From the human T2T-CHM13v2.0 reference genome, Homo sapiens: a stretch of DNA of 64,000 nt. The position numbers and the translations under genes were made by a program. Positions within the stretch are counted from its first letter, which is position 1. Every line of letters begins with the position of its first letter. The stretch lies in assembly GCF_009914755.1 (NCBI RefSeq), contig NC_060935.1, one strand, 5' to 3'. Shown here in pieces: positions 41,604 to 55,020 of this stretch. Under the pieces are notes generated by a model. The model did no database searches and was not told where the DNA came from. It worked only from the letters and a program-made list of their open reading frames with translations.

Positions 41604-42504
41604 CTTCCAATGAATAGAGAGGGGGAGAAAGGTCTAAATAAGTTAAAAGAACCAGAAAATTCAACAATGTGTCACAAATAGTGAGGTCATTATGCCTGGA
41701 TAACCCTGGATATTAACAGTTGCTGAAAGTGAAACACTACCCACAACTTAGCAGTCAGCGAGCCCTGCTCAGAATCAGTAATCTTCTGTCCAACAAGGGT
41801 GGCATTTTACAGTTCAGTGCGAAATAAAACAGACCTTGATATCTTCATTTGTCTTTTTTTTTCTGTGCATATTTCACAGTGCAGCAATTTGGGGTCCATC
41901 ACGTGTCACTTGCTGTAGTTATAACTACAGAGCTTACCGGAAATATGTATGCACAGAAAAAAAATAGTGCAGTGAACTGAAAAGACTGAAACAAATCCTT
42001 AACCTTTGTATCAATTTAAAGTTTTACTCTGGGTCTAAATATCATGGGTTAAACATTTTAAGGTGGTTTGTGAACTGCTTTTATTTTAAATGTTAGGATT
42101 TTCTGCCAAGGAAATTAAAGGGGAATATTGCTTGAAGGGCCATTTAACCATTTTCTTACTTAGTGAGTCAACACAACATTTTTTATAAGTGACAACCATA
42201 GAGAAATTTGTCTACATCTACTGGAGATTTATGGCACGTAAAATTCTCTCTTAATAGGTAAAAAGATGTATTTTTAAAACAGGAAGAGAGAGTTCAATCT
42301 TAAAGGATTTTCAGAATTGTTTCCTTTTTAGCATATACTTTATTTCTCATGTGTTTGCAGTGTGGAAAAGAAACATGATGATGACTGATGACTTACGAAA
42401 AATATTTCTAAAAAAAATTGGTTTTAGTAAGTACTGAATGAAATCCTTGTTTGATCATGCTTGTCTATACAGAAAAAAGAACTGCTTAGGGTGAGGAAAG
42501 GCAG

Positions 42505-43170
42505 CCATCATTTATTAAGCACTTTCTGTATACCAGACACCATGCTTGAACATCACATATGCTTTCTCATTTCATCTTCACAGCAACTGTGCAAAGCAGA
42601 TAAGACTAACATCATTTATAGAAGAGAAAACAGTAGTTCAATGCAGCTAAGTAACTTTCCCAATGTCACACAAGAGATTTCAATTATTTAATAACTCCAA
42701 AACTATACTCTTTTGGTAGGCATTCCAATTATTTTTGAGGAGATTTTAGACAAGTACATGTTTTCTGCTATCATGAAATTCTAGAAACAGATACCATGAA
42801 ATGAAAGAATATGGGATCTGAGAATGGACCTTCCATAGCAACTGGTCCAACTCTTTTTGATAGAACACCAAGGCCTAGATACCATGTGTGACTTGTCTGC
42901 TGTCATATAGTTATTCAGTGGCAGTGCTGGGACTAAAACACTTCCATTATGCTCACAGGTGAGTCAAATATAGAGGAGTGTTTTATATCACAATGAAAGT
43001 TCTGAAGTCAAAGAGACCAAGAATCTTTCTTCTGCTATTACTAACCTCAGTTTCTTCAGCTGTATAATAAAAATCTGCACAGTTCTTGTAACATTAAATG
43101 AAATAATGAATGTGAATAAAGTACCTAATGTAATGTCTGACATACAGTATTCAACTAAGTGGAGATGTTA
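42505..43170. mobile_element. Cluster of MIR/MIR3 fragments in both orientations
   Basis: catttattaagcactttctgtataccagacacc (reverse); cctcagtttcttcagctgtata (forward). Confidence 0.65.
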
Positions 43171-44141
43171 TTATTATTAAATCAGAAACAAAATACCATG
43201 TAAAAAGGGCAAATAGTTAACATAGACTCCAGCTGGAAATCCAGATTTCAGGAAAAGCTCATGTAAACTTACTATGCTGTGATATATGAAATAAATAATA
43301 TGTCTTAGTACCTTTGTGTCTTAATTATTCTATATGTTTGTTTTTAACTTTTAAAGAACAATAGCTAAGGGCAATCCAAAATTTCATTTGCGAAAATAGT
43401 GTCAATCTTCCCTCCTCCCAGCAAACTTCATTGGGTGACTTCGCATTCACAGGAGTGCTAAGTAGTAGCAAAATCATCTGTGATGACGGGACAAAGGGAG
43501 ATACAGGAAAGATAATTGTGAACTGCATCATCTCTTTTCAACATAAATACATATTTACAAAATGTACTGCAGTAGTAAGATGAAAGGAAAGGACAATTTT
43601 ATGTTCTTCTATAAGTCATATACAATAGTACAATAATAAAGTGAAAAATATTAAATATTACCAACACACAGGAACAAAATGTGTTAGGCACTGCTCATGT
43701 TTATACTCAGGGATTTCTTTTAAAACTACGTCCTTGCTAAGACAATATGCAAAGTTGGTATATGTTGGTAATCTACCAGGCTCAGGAAAGCTGAGGGGTA
43801 AAACTCAAAATGAAGATCTAGGAGTAGAAGCACATTCAGACAAATCTCATGAAAATGATGAGTCTGTGGACTACAAACAAATTCTATGCTTGGTTTAAAT
43901 ACACTGTGAGGTATAAACTAATCAGCAGCATGTCTGATAGTGAACTGAATGCTCATTTGAGAATCTACAGAAGTCCCGTGGGCTAGGCAATACCAACGGC
44001 AGAGATGGCATCTATAACAGCCAACAATTTATCACGCTTTCACTTGTATGCCCATGTGCATGAGAGCACCAGGTGCCAGCAAGTGCCGTGAGCCAGCAAG
44101 CAAGGGGAGGTCACTCAGCAAAAGCAGACACTCTTAGGTAC

Positions 44142-44276
44142 CTTGGTGATCAGCCACACACTGGCTACAGGCCACAGGATCGATGGCGCTATTTGACTCC
44201 TGCTGCTTGCTTCACTGCCTGAGAAACTCCACTTTCCAATGGAAACAGAGGCATGAAGGACAATATTGGGATCTAC
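44142..44276 (-). CDS. DCDC1: DCDC1 exon E (135 nt, phase 0-0): VDPNIVLHASVSIGKWSFSGSEASSRSQIAPSILWPVASVWLITK
   Basis: Acceptor gatacAG|GTA and donor AAG|GTACCT. Open frame. Confidence 0.9.
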
Positions 44277-44409
44277 CTGTATCATAAGAAGAAGTATGCA
44301 TTTTTAACTCATAGTCTAAGAGTTAAACTCCTCAACACACTTACCCAAAATAAGTTATCCTAGAACATTATTTATTCTGATTGATACCTCTTTTCAAAAA
44401 GTAGCATTC

Positions 44410-44800
44410 AATCCCCTTTAATTCAATTCAATCAATATTTGTTGAGCACCAACTCTATTATGCAAGACCCTATGCTGTGTGGTGTGGAATATTATAAAAT
44501 ATTTTTTCCTGACCCAAAGAAACATACAACAGAGTAGAGGCAACTTCTCTCTCTCTCCCCACCTGCCTTTCATGTTAAGCTCCACATGAATGATTAAATA
44601 GTGTTATTATAGGCATGAAAAAATGGTACGCTCATTTCTGCTGGAGTAACCTAAAGGTGGAGCATCTTGAAAGACGTTAACATGTAAAGCAGGCCTTGAA
44701 GGATGGGGACAGTTTGACAGGAGTAATAAAGAATAAAAAGGTATTCCAAGTAAAGGCAAGGAAGCTTAATCAATGTGTCTTAGGATCTGCAGGTAGACTC
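44410..44800 (-). mobile_element. L2 3' fragment
   Basis: attcaatcaatatttgttgagcacc...tatgcaagaccctatgct. Confidence 0.6.
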
Positions 44801-44886
44801 AAAAAGTAAATTTGTCCAAACTGTAGAAAGTGTCAAGTGCAAAGCTATGGAGTCAGGTGGACAGCAGGGAGCCAGTGAAAGCCTTC

Positions 44887-45564
44887 TTTTTTTTTATATA
44901 TATACTTTAAGTTCTGGGGTACATGTGCAGAACAAACAGGTTTGTTACATAGGTATACACGTGCCATGGTGGTTTGCTACACCCATCAACCCGTCATCTA
45001 CATTAGGTATTTCTCCTAATGCTATCCCTTCCCTAGCTCCCCACCCACTGACAGGCCCTGGTGTGTGATGTTCCCCTCCCTGTGTCCCTTTGTTCTCATT
45101 GTTCAACTCCCACTTATGAGTGAGAACATGTGGTGTTTGGTTTTCTGTTCTTGTGTTAGTTTGCTGAGAATGATGGTTTCCAGCTTCATCCATGTCCCTG
45201 CAAAGGACATGAACTTTTTTATGGTTGCATAGTATTCCATGGTGTATATGTGCCACATTTTCTTTATCCAGTCTATCATTGATGGGCATTTGGGTTGGTT
45301 CCAAGTCTTTGCTATTGTGAACAGTGTCACAATAAACATACATGTGCATGTTTCTTTATAGTAGAATGATTTATAATCCTTTGGGTATATACTCAGTAAT
45401 GGGATTGCTGGGTCAATGGCATTTCTGGTTCTAGATCCTTGAGGAATCGCCACACTGTCTTCCACAGTGGTTGAACTAATTTACACTCCCACCAACAGTG
45501 TAAAAGTGTTCCTATTTCTCCATATCCTCTCCAGCATCTGTTGTTTCCTGACTTTTTAATAATC
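44887..45564 (-). mobile_element. 5'-truncated L1PA (L1PA7/8-like) 3' end
   Basis: Reverse 3'UTR and ORF2 C-terminus (HCWWECK...[12 protein letters not shown] in ORFs 45393..45770 and 45103..45465). Confidence 0.9.
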
Positions 45565-46991
45565 AAACATATCTTGCTAACAGCAGATTTTAGTAAGGTT
45601 GATCTGATAAGGGTAGAGGATAACAGATTGTAGAATGAAGACATCAAAGACAGGGAAAATAGCTGGGAGTTCACACAATCTCCTAAGAATAAAGAAATAT
45701 GAGCTGAGACTTTAGAGATAGTTGTGGGGATGGATAGGGGGTACTGAAGGGGGAGACATTGCACCCACATCTCCTGTGTTCCTTATCAGATTACATATGC
45801 CAAAGGTGTTGTGCACCTTCTAGCATTGCTCACTTAGACCTAATTGTCAAATTATTAGGCACTCACATCACTTGTAGGAATTCTATTACTTCATACTTAA
45901 TAAACTTTATCTCCTAAATTATACGATCACTTTCACTGAGTAATTATTCTAGGTTTTTTAGTACCAATATTTATTTGTGTATGCTTATAGGAATATGCCA
46001 ATTTATATTTAAAACCCAATAAATGATGTTGCTTCAATAACAATTTATTTCCTAACACTAAAACATCCATTCTACATCTATGCTAATGCTAGATATTTGT
46101 TGAGTAGCAAATTATTTTTTTAATGCACAAATTCAATGATGATTTAAAAGGAAAAATTTTACAAGTGTGATCAGGTACTATCATAAGGATAAAACTAATA
46201 TATGTGGTAATTATTCTGTAATGAAAGTCACTTCTCAAGAGAAGAAAACGTCATAAGACTCCTATATGTGAAAATGAAATTTTAAAAAATACAGCAACAC
46301 CACCACCTAAGCAGATTTGACTTATAGTGCTTACAGTGCCTGGATTCTGGAGGGGAATCCCCACAGTTTCTGAACAATGATAAACTACATTGTACTAATC
46401 CATTTGCCACAGGACTCAGCATTTAAAGTAGCAGTGTTACTCAACCTCCTAACTCCAAGTTGCCATCACACTCAAAACTCCCCTCTGCAACTGGGCAGAA
46501 GATTGTTTTGACTGAAATTAGTCAGACAGAAGAACCATACAGCCAACTGCTTCTTTGTACAGCACCTGCTGCCAGCGCCTATATTCTTGTTATCTCCACA
46601 ACATGGTTTAATCTTTTAACAGTTGGCTTATTGGTGAAGAGTGAAGGGGTCCTTTGTCTCTGCCTTGGGCTGGCACCCAGTATTAACACCATGCTGTTCT
46701 TCAAGAGATATTTTGCTGGACAGTTCCCAAGTGATTCTACATAGAACAGACACAGCAAGGCCCACTAACCCAGCTTTATATTGTGTTATTAAAAAAAAAA
46801 AAAATCCTGCCAAGTCTGGAGTTCTGATACGTTTAAAACTGACAATGGCCATTACATTTTTCTTCTGTGACTTCACTTTTTAAATTAATTTGATAGCTTA
46901 GCTTTAGACCAAACGAGGGTGGGAAGTTAAGGACTATGAAAGTTGGGATTTAAGAAAAAAAAGTGCTCTGACAATCCACAACATAATATGC

Positions 46992-47060
46992 CATATGTAT
47001 GTATGTGTGTGTGTGTGTGTGTGCGCGCGCCCGTGTACACACATGCATGCGCATATGTGT
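46992..47060. repeat. Alternating purine-pyrimidine tract (TATG)n(TG)n(CG)4...; potential Z-DNA former
   Basis: Direct reading; one break at 47031. Confidence 0.8.
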
Positions 47061-49770
47061 TTAAGAACATTTAGATTGAGACTGGTGTCTAAATGCATAC
47101 TATCATATATGTCATTAAAAACATTTTTAAGTCTTACTGAGAATCAAAACAATTCTCTTTTATTCTTTTAAACACTTACACATATAGGTCCTTTATGTGA
47201 CCATTATAATTTTGTTTTCTGAATAAACTGTGCTGATGTAGAAGCAGTCAATGATAAAGCAATGCATACACATGCTGGGCCAGTTAAAACTTGTTTAATT
47301 ATTTTTCCCAAATAGCTAATGAAGGTGGAGTAGCCTTCAATATTCTTGTGCAAATTCAAAATAAGAAAAGAACCACTTATGATCTTCTCTTGCACATTTA
47401 CTAAGAAACAGAACACGAGACAATGAAATGTTTCTTGAAAGAAGTTCATAGAGCACAACCCTCATTTGAACAAATTGTTTATTCTATTGCAAAGAAATTT
47501 TACATGATGTTCATTTTTGATAATGCATTTAGGGTCAATTTGAATAATTTTACACATAAGTAAAAATCACAGCTAATTAAAGAAAATGTTATACAATCTC
47601 TTTCCTCATGTAATTTCTGTTCTCTCTTATTGTTTCTATGCTCTAACTTTATAGCTGACCAGTCCACCTACTTCTAAGGCCAAGAAATGGAAAGAGTTGA
47701 GAGTAGAAAATATCAGCAAGGCAAAATTATGCAGTCAAACACGGCAAAATATCTAAGATCTAACTGGTCTGAATATAAGAGAAGGACTTGGGCTTTTAAG
47801 TCAAGTCCCGTGTCCTATGCTAATGGCAATCCGTTCAAAATTTTAACTAGCATTTTGTATTTGCTTCAGTATATACATAATTTATACAAAATATCATTTT
47901 TCAATGACTTGCTCTCCAAAGAAATAGAACAGCAAAGAGTTGTTTGTCGTTTCCCAGCCTCCTTTATGACAAAAAGAACAATGCCAGAATAATACAGTAC
48001 TTCAGTAATTATGAATGCATTCTACTAGCATCCATAACTACTGAATTTACAAGCTAAATTGTAACAAGTATACCATAATTCCAAAATTATAATTTGATGT
48101 TTTTCTTGCCGTTTCCATCATACAGAAAGTTGTCACTAATGTCCTGCTGATGTCTGTGAAGCCATGTACTGAAAGGCTAGAATTAAAATAAGTTTCCTTT
48201 TGAGTCTGGCAGAATATATGACCTGCCAAACACTGGAGTCCATTTTTCTGCTATATTTTCCCATAACCAGGCATTCCTAAAGCTATTCTCCTCATGAAAT
48301 ATCTCATTTGATATTAACTACCATGAAGTTTAAATCTCACCCATTTCATGGAAACATCTAGTTTGATTGCCCTTAAACTGAGTCAATCTAAAAATGTTGC
48401 CAATTTAAGTAACAATAGAGAGATGTTGAAAAATGTATTCACCAAATTGTCAATGTGTAGTAGATTCCAAATCTGTTTTTGAAATGGATAAGAGAGCAAC
48501 AGGTTGTAATTGTCAGGGTTATATCTGACTCCCACATTACAAATGGGGATTATATGTTCCAAATTTTTCTCTGTAGGAAAGGTTCTACTTGTCAATAGGA
48601 AATTTAAAAGAACAGTCAGGGGCTAGGCACTGATATCTCTATCTCAAGCCAATTTTAAAACATATGCATCAAGAATATCGGCTTTTGCCTCCCTTCTCTC
48701 AACCCCTGTTGTAATCCTCTTAGTGTGTTCTCTACCCCAATGAGCAGCAAGATTCTACAATAAAATGCCCTATAGATATCCATCACCTCTGCCTGAATCC
48801 ATCTTTAAAAGTGCTCCTTTTCAGGTTATTAAATTACTATTCCCAATGCACTGATCACCACTCTGTAAATAATTGGAGACATTTTTCTGAAAGGATTTTA
48901 AAGGCTTCACAGCTATGGAAGAGCTGTTTGTCTTTGAAAGCTTCTCTTTACTAGCCAGTTTATCAAATTTTTGCTTTCTTACAGTACTATTTTTGTTGAA
49001 CTAAAATTTTTAAAAACTAAAAATGCCATAGCATATAACCATTTACTTATGATGAGTGTTTTCTCATTTTCACTAAATCATTAGAACCATTTAATAATGA
49101 TAAAATAACTGTGGACTGTTATTCTCTCATTTTTCAACATTTTAGAAAATAGATTTATCTTGTTATAGTTAACCCACTTTGACATAAAAGCAAAGAGAAA
49201 AGCCTCCTTTGAGGTCCTTTTCTCTGATATCTCTTTGCTATCCAATTGTTTTTAGGTTTGAGTTGGTCTCTGTTGAATTACTTAATCGACTATTAAATTC
49301 AATTCAGGTCAGCTAACTGAATATCTAGATATTGCATCAGAGACAGGGATGATCAGGATGTCCTTTGCCTTTGAGAAATTTCCAATCTAGCAGGGAGGAT
49401 AAGACAAGGACCTCCTGAGTTATCTTCCTAATATGAAGATCAGATTACATCTTGCCTCTGTTCAAATATTTTCAATGGCTCCTTGCTTTCTACAGAAAAA
49501 CCAGAATTCCCTAATATTGAATTAAGACCCTTCATGATCTGATCCTAACATCCCCAATAGAGCCTACCATTCTCCCCCATCTACGCTGATGTAGCCTGAA
49601 ATATGCTCAAACTTGGAGCCTAGTTGATTTTGAGCCATGCAAGAAGTTGTAAGAGGAACAGCATCTAGTTCAATGTCATTGTAAATGGCGCAGAAGGGAA
49701 ACGTCATATCTGGTTTGGAAATGGGGTTGGGGTACAGAAGGGTTTCATGAAGCAGTCACAAATCAGATAG

Positions 49771-50108
<338 letters not shown>

Positions 50109-50369
50109 GATGGGCAGGATTTTAATAGCCTTTATTGAACATGCCAAACCCTGTGCTAGGATATGGCACAAGGGTGACAGAGAAGGCTGGGTGTGGTGAC
50201 AAAGAAAGGTGGAATTCTAGTCAAAGAGGTCCACATGGGCATAACAACAGAAATCATGGAGTGCTTTCAGAAAAAAAACAAATAACAATCTGGCTTGGCT
50301 AACAGACAAAGACCATATTAGAGAATATTCAGCCTTGAAAGCTAGGTTATGGCTAAACAAGCAAACAAA

Positions 50370-50930
50370 AAAATCCATTCATCAAATATGTATTGTGCAT
50401 TTGCCCTACATTCAAGACTTTGCATTAGTGCTTAGGAACACAAAGATGAGTAAGACAATGCCTGTGCCCAAAGAATCCTCAGTTTAGTGAAGGAAAAACA
50501 CAAAAGCAAATACCTATACCAAAACACAAACTCAACAACAATTTTCAAAGGAAGATAATGAGTCCTGAGAATACAAAATAAAGATTAATTCTTTCTGGAG
50601 TATCTGAGAAGGCTTTATGGAAGAGTAAGTTGAGTAAAGCCTTAAGAAGCAAGTAATGGTAATGGCTGGGGGTATATCCCAGGCAAAGAACAATACAAGC
50701 CATGGCACAAGTATACGAAAGTGGAAAGCATGTTCTGGTGCACAATTGATTAGCCTGACTGTAATGTACAGTATACAGAGCAAGAGGAGAAAATTGGAAA
50801 GGTAAGTTGAGAGCGGAGGTAGATTAGAGGAGAATCATGGGGATCAATGAAGTCCAGACGAAAATTCGGAACTTCAAATGGCAACAGCCAGGCATACATG
50901 TGTTTTCAGCAGGAAAATAATGCTACAGCA
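50370..50930 (-). mobile_element. L2 fragment
   Basis: ccattcatcaaatatgtattg...aaagatgagtaagacaatgcctg. Confidence 0.6.
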
Positions 50931-51864
50931 AAAATCTAATGATGAATACCAACAGGATCAGATCTACAGTAAATAAATATTAATGTCAGATGAAGGCAAA
51001 ATACAAAATACATTAATAAGTACATCATTCTAGTTACTTTAATCTTCTATATTTTCTCAAAACCCGGCAGAAGTAGAAATATTTGATTCTATTTTTATAA
51101 GTACACTATTTAGATCCATATGCTCCTTGAAATAATCAATATTTTCAGTTTAAATTTTGACATAATTGAGAAACTGAATGGGGAGCATAAAGAAATTTAA
51201 AAAGGCAGGTTGGGGCAATGTGTCTCTTGCATTGACTCTTGGAAATACAGGGCCCAATTGATAGGAAGTCCTACTTTCTTTGGACTGCTCTGTCTCTGTG
51301 AGTGACTTTTGATTTTGATTTCATGTGTTCAAAAATTAAAGCTTACACTGCTAAAATGAGCAACAACCGTACACAGCACTTGCCAGCTAAGAAAAACAAA
51401 ATAAGTATTCCTTCTTTGGAGATAGATTTAAAACGCCTTTCATAATTGAGCTGGAGGGAAAAAAAAAACATCTTCTTTACTGGAAGGATAAATTTCTAAG
51501 TGTAAATTGATATGGACCTTCAGGATTGGGTTGCCATGAGTTAGGTTTCCTAAAGAACTTGTGTTCCTTAGATGCATTGACCTGTAGAGCAAATAGATCA
51601 GATCCTAAACTATAGAGATAGCAGCCATCTTAAAGACTTCCTTAAATAACTCCAACTTATTATTATAGCTATTAACAGTACAAAGAAAATATGTCAAACA
51701 ATACAGCTTAAATAACATAAATCAGGTATAAGTTTTTCAAGTAGGAATTAAATATATTGTTTTCCGTTTTGAAGTGCCTGGTTAATTAACAGGAAGTAAA
51801 GAATAACACCTGCCCCAATATTTGTAAAAATAATTTATAGTTTAAAAAACTGTAATATAATTTA

Positions 51865-52242
<378 letters not shown>

Positions 52243-52268
52243 TTAAAGTACAATAACTAAAATCCCAC

Positions 52269-52374
52269 CTTGTTCTGTAGAAAATGGTTCTCCAAGTCCA
52301 CCTTTTCAAACTGGTCAGGTATCTGTTGACTGGTACAGTTGAAATTAATTGGAAATCCCTCACAAACTTCCCAA
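52269..52374 (-). CDS. DCDC1: DCDC1 exon D (106 nt, phase 2-0): (N)WEVCEGFPINFNCTSQQIPDQFEKVDLENHFLQNK
   Basis: Acceptor ttttcttAG|T and donor AAG|GTGGGA. Open frame, compatible phases. Confidence 0.9.
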
Positions 52375-52782
52375 CTAAGAAAAGTAAAATACGTAATTAT
52401 TTTTATTAGAATAATATGCATTTAATTACAATGCCCTTTACTCTTTAATTATAATACTCTTTATGCTTTATGTATACTCCATTACTAATAATTTATATAT
52501 CAAATCTTGCCTGGAAAGTACCAGCAGTCATTGGGGAATAAAGCTGTTATTTAAACAACTATCAATGAGTATGTCCCTCTAGACATATTTAGCAATAGGT
52601 TGTCACTGGCTGGACTGAGTGATCTCATCAGACTGCTTTTGGTTCTCTGTATTTGCCTTCTACTTCAGCATTTTCAACTGTTTATTAAAAAGAGCTACAA
52701 TTTGTTAAATTATAAGGTTGTTATAGCTAGGTGGGAACTTATAGATAGATTACCTAATCCAAAATAGTATCAGGATCTGCTG

Positions 52783-53215
52783 CAGTGTCCAATATGGTAG
52801 TCACTAGCTACCTATTCCTATTTAAATTTAAATTAATTTACTTGAACAAAATTTAAAATTCAGTTTTGCATTCACACTAGTCACATTTCAAATGCTCAGT
52901 AGTCACAAAGTGTGTGTCCATCATCACAGAAAGTTTTATTGGACGGCACTAAATAGTGATTAAGCACTCAGGTACTTAAGACAAATGATCTGGGTTAGAA
53001 TCCTGGCTCTACCATGTACCAGCTGTGTGACTTTGGACAAATTACTTCTCTCTTTGTGCCTTGGTTTCTGTCTCTGAGAAATGGAGTAAGAGTAGAGTAA
53101 TATGGAATAATAGGAGTAACGTAATTGTTGTGAGAATTAAATCGATCCTTACCCAGTTAATTTGTAACTGTGCCTGGCCTATGGTCAACACTCAGTAAAA
53201 GCCAGTTTGTATTAT
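52783..53215. mobile_element. MER3-like hAT-Charlie (52783-52950) followed by a plus-strand MIR (52952-53215)
   Basis: gtgtccaatatggtagtcactagc...cacagaaagttttattggacggcact (TIR-like ends); ctgggttagaatcctggctctacc...gctgtgtgactttggacaa. Confidence 0.75.
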
Positions 53216-53735
53216 TTGCAGATAAGAAACCAACACCAATCTGCTCCTGGACAATCACGAGCAGAGACGAAGCAAAATGCCTCCTTAGATCTTCCAACTC
53301 CTACTCTTCACTGCCCCAACGAGTCCCCAGAACATTGCTTTTGTTTTAAATGTATCATCATCAGATAAGAAGTTTAAATGTGAACACTCACACAGAACAT
53401 ATTTTATATTTTAATGATTCCATTATAAATGATTAATTTAGAAATAACCACTAAAAACAGCTTTTATGTTTCAAACCAAATTGTTGTTTCTGCAAAGCAG
53501 AAACTATACTTCGCTCATGGCCCCATATGGTTTTCTAAAACTAAGGAAAGTTAACAAGTCTTTTAGGCACTACCTCATTATACCATTAAATAAGTCAATA
53601 AAAGAAACAATTGCTTATTTAAGACAACTGAAAGAGCATCTTTTAGTGTTTCGAATCTCTTACTCTGAAAAATCCTGAATTAAGTGATTTGGATTACTTT
53701 AACCACATCTTTAACAAGATTACTTGTTAATTTAC

Positions 53736-53861
53736 TTGCCACATCCAGGTAGCAGAACAGCATTAGGATCCAAAAAGGTCTTATATGCAACCATGATATC
53801 ACCTCTGGCAAATGCACTCACTCGGTCAAAGGTCAAACCCAAAGCAAGATTTAGTGGAGAT
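53736..53861 (-). CDS. DCDC1: DCDC1 exon C (126 nt, phase 2-2): (R)SPLNLALGLTFDRVSAFARGDIMVAYKTFLDPNAVLLPGCG(N)
   Basis: Acceptor gtttttcAG|A and donor AA|GTAAAT. Lies inside ORF 53732..53944. Phases match exons B and D. Confidence 0.92.
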
Positions 53862-54449
53862 CTGAAAAACGGATAAAACATCAAAACTATCTTCAAAATT
53901 AGACATACATTGTAATTTGAGCACAAATAAACAATAAAATACACATTATCATTGTCTAATAAAATTCAGAAATAAGTGAGTTTCCTATTGTATAGCACTA
54001 TTGCTGGTATTCTATATTAACACCTGAAATATATACTTCAGTTTATTTAGCTGATCTATAATATGCCAAAATAGTTTCAACATATGTAATTTAAAAAATA
54101 ATAATTGCAATAATTAAAGCCAAGTATTTAGTTGAGAAAAACAATCGTCATTCACATAATGTTCATTTTCCATGTATAACAGTAATCCAATACATCTATA
54201 GTAATCTTGGGAGCTGATAATTAAATGAATTCTTAATATTTGGCCACGAACAACTATTTCTGTGAGCTCACTAAATGCCATGCTGATTTGATTTTCATAT
54301 TACATATTGTTAGGCACACTGTTTTAAGTGAATTTGGAAATTAAAATCAAAAACAGATTTTAAATGAAAACAATGGCCACTATTGTACACTATGAGCCAT
54401 TTTTCTCTAAATTGCTTAAGACTCGCTATTTATCTCTAGAATTAAAAAT

Positions 54450-55020
54450 CAACGACATCACCTCTGCAGTCTTGTTGCCAAAAATATTTAAACTGAATCT
54501 AATCATGAGAAAACACTCAGACAAACCCAGAATGTGGGACATTCTACAAGAAAAATGCCTGGACTCTTGAAAAATAAATTAATGTCATGAAAAACAAAAC
54601 AAAAGATTAAAAGAATATTCTAGATTAAAGACAACTAAAGAAAATAACTAATATAATACAAGGAAGTATATTTGGATACTGGATTACAAAAAGCTCTAAA
54701 GCATATTTTGGTTAGCTTGAATATAGAGTGTATATTAGAGGATATTACATTACTGTTGACTGTGTTAGATATTATAATGTGGTGACACATAACTCTTCTT
54801 CAGTTATGTGACCTGAAGCATTTAGGAGTGAAATTTTAATGTCTGGAATTGCTTTCAAGCCGTTCAAGAGGGAGAGAGAGATGGGAGATATATAACAGGT
54901 AAAACAAATGTGGCAAACTCTTTAAATTGGTGAATCTAGGTGAAAGATATACAGGAGCTCATTGTACTATTTTTTCAAATTTCCTTAGATTTAAATTTTT
55001 TCAAAATAAGAAATTGAAGG
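54450..55020 (+). mobile_element. L1MC4/5-like 3' end
   Basis: ctgaatctaatcatgag...cagacaaaccca...gggacattctacaa; ggtgaatctaggtgaa...cattgtactatt. Confidence 0.75.

Noticed and set aside
41788-41804. CTCF-like ccaacaagggtggca
   Set aside because: Spacing is off by one relative to the core motif.
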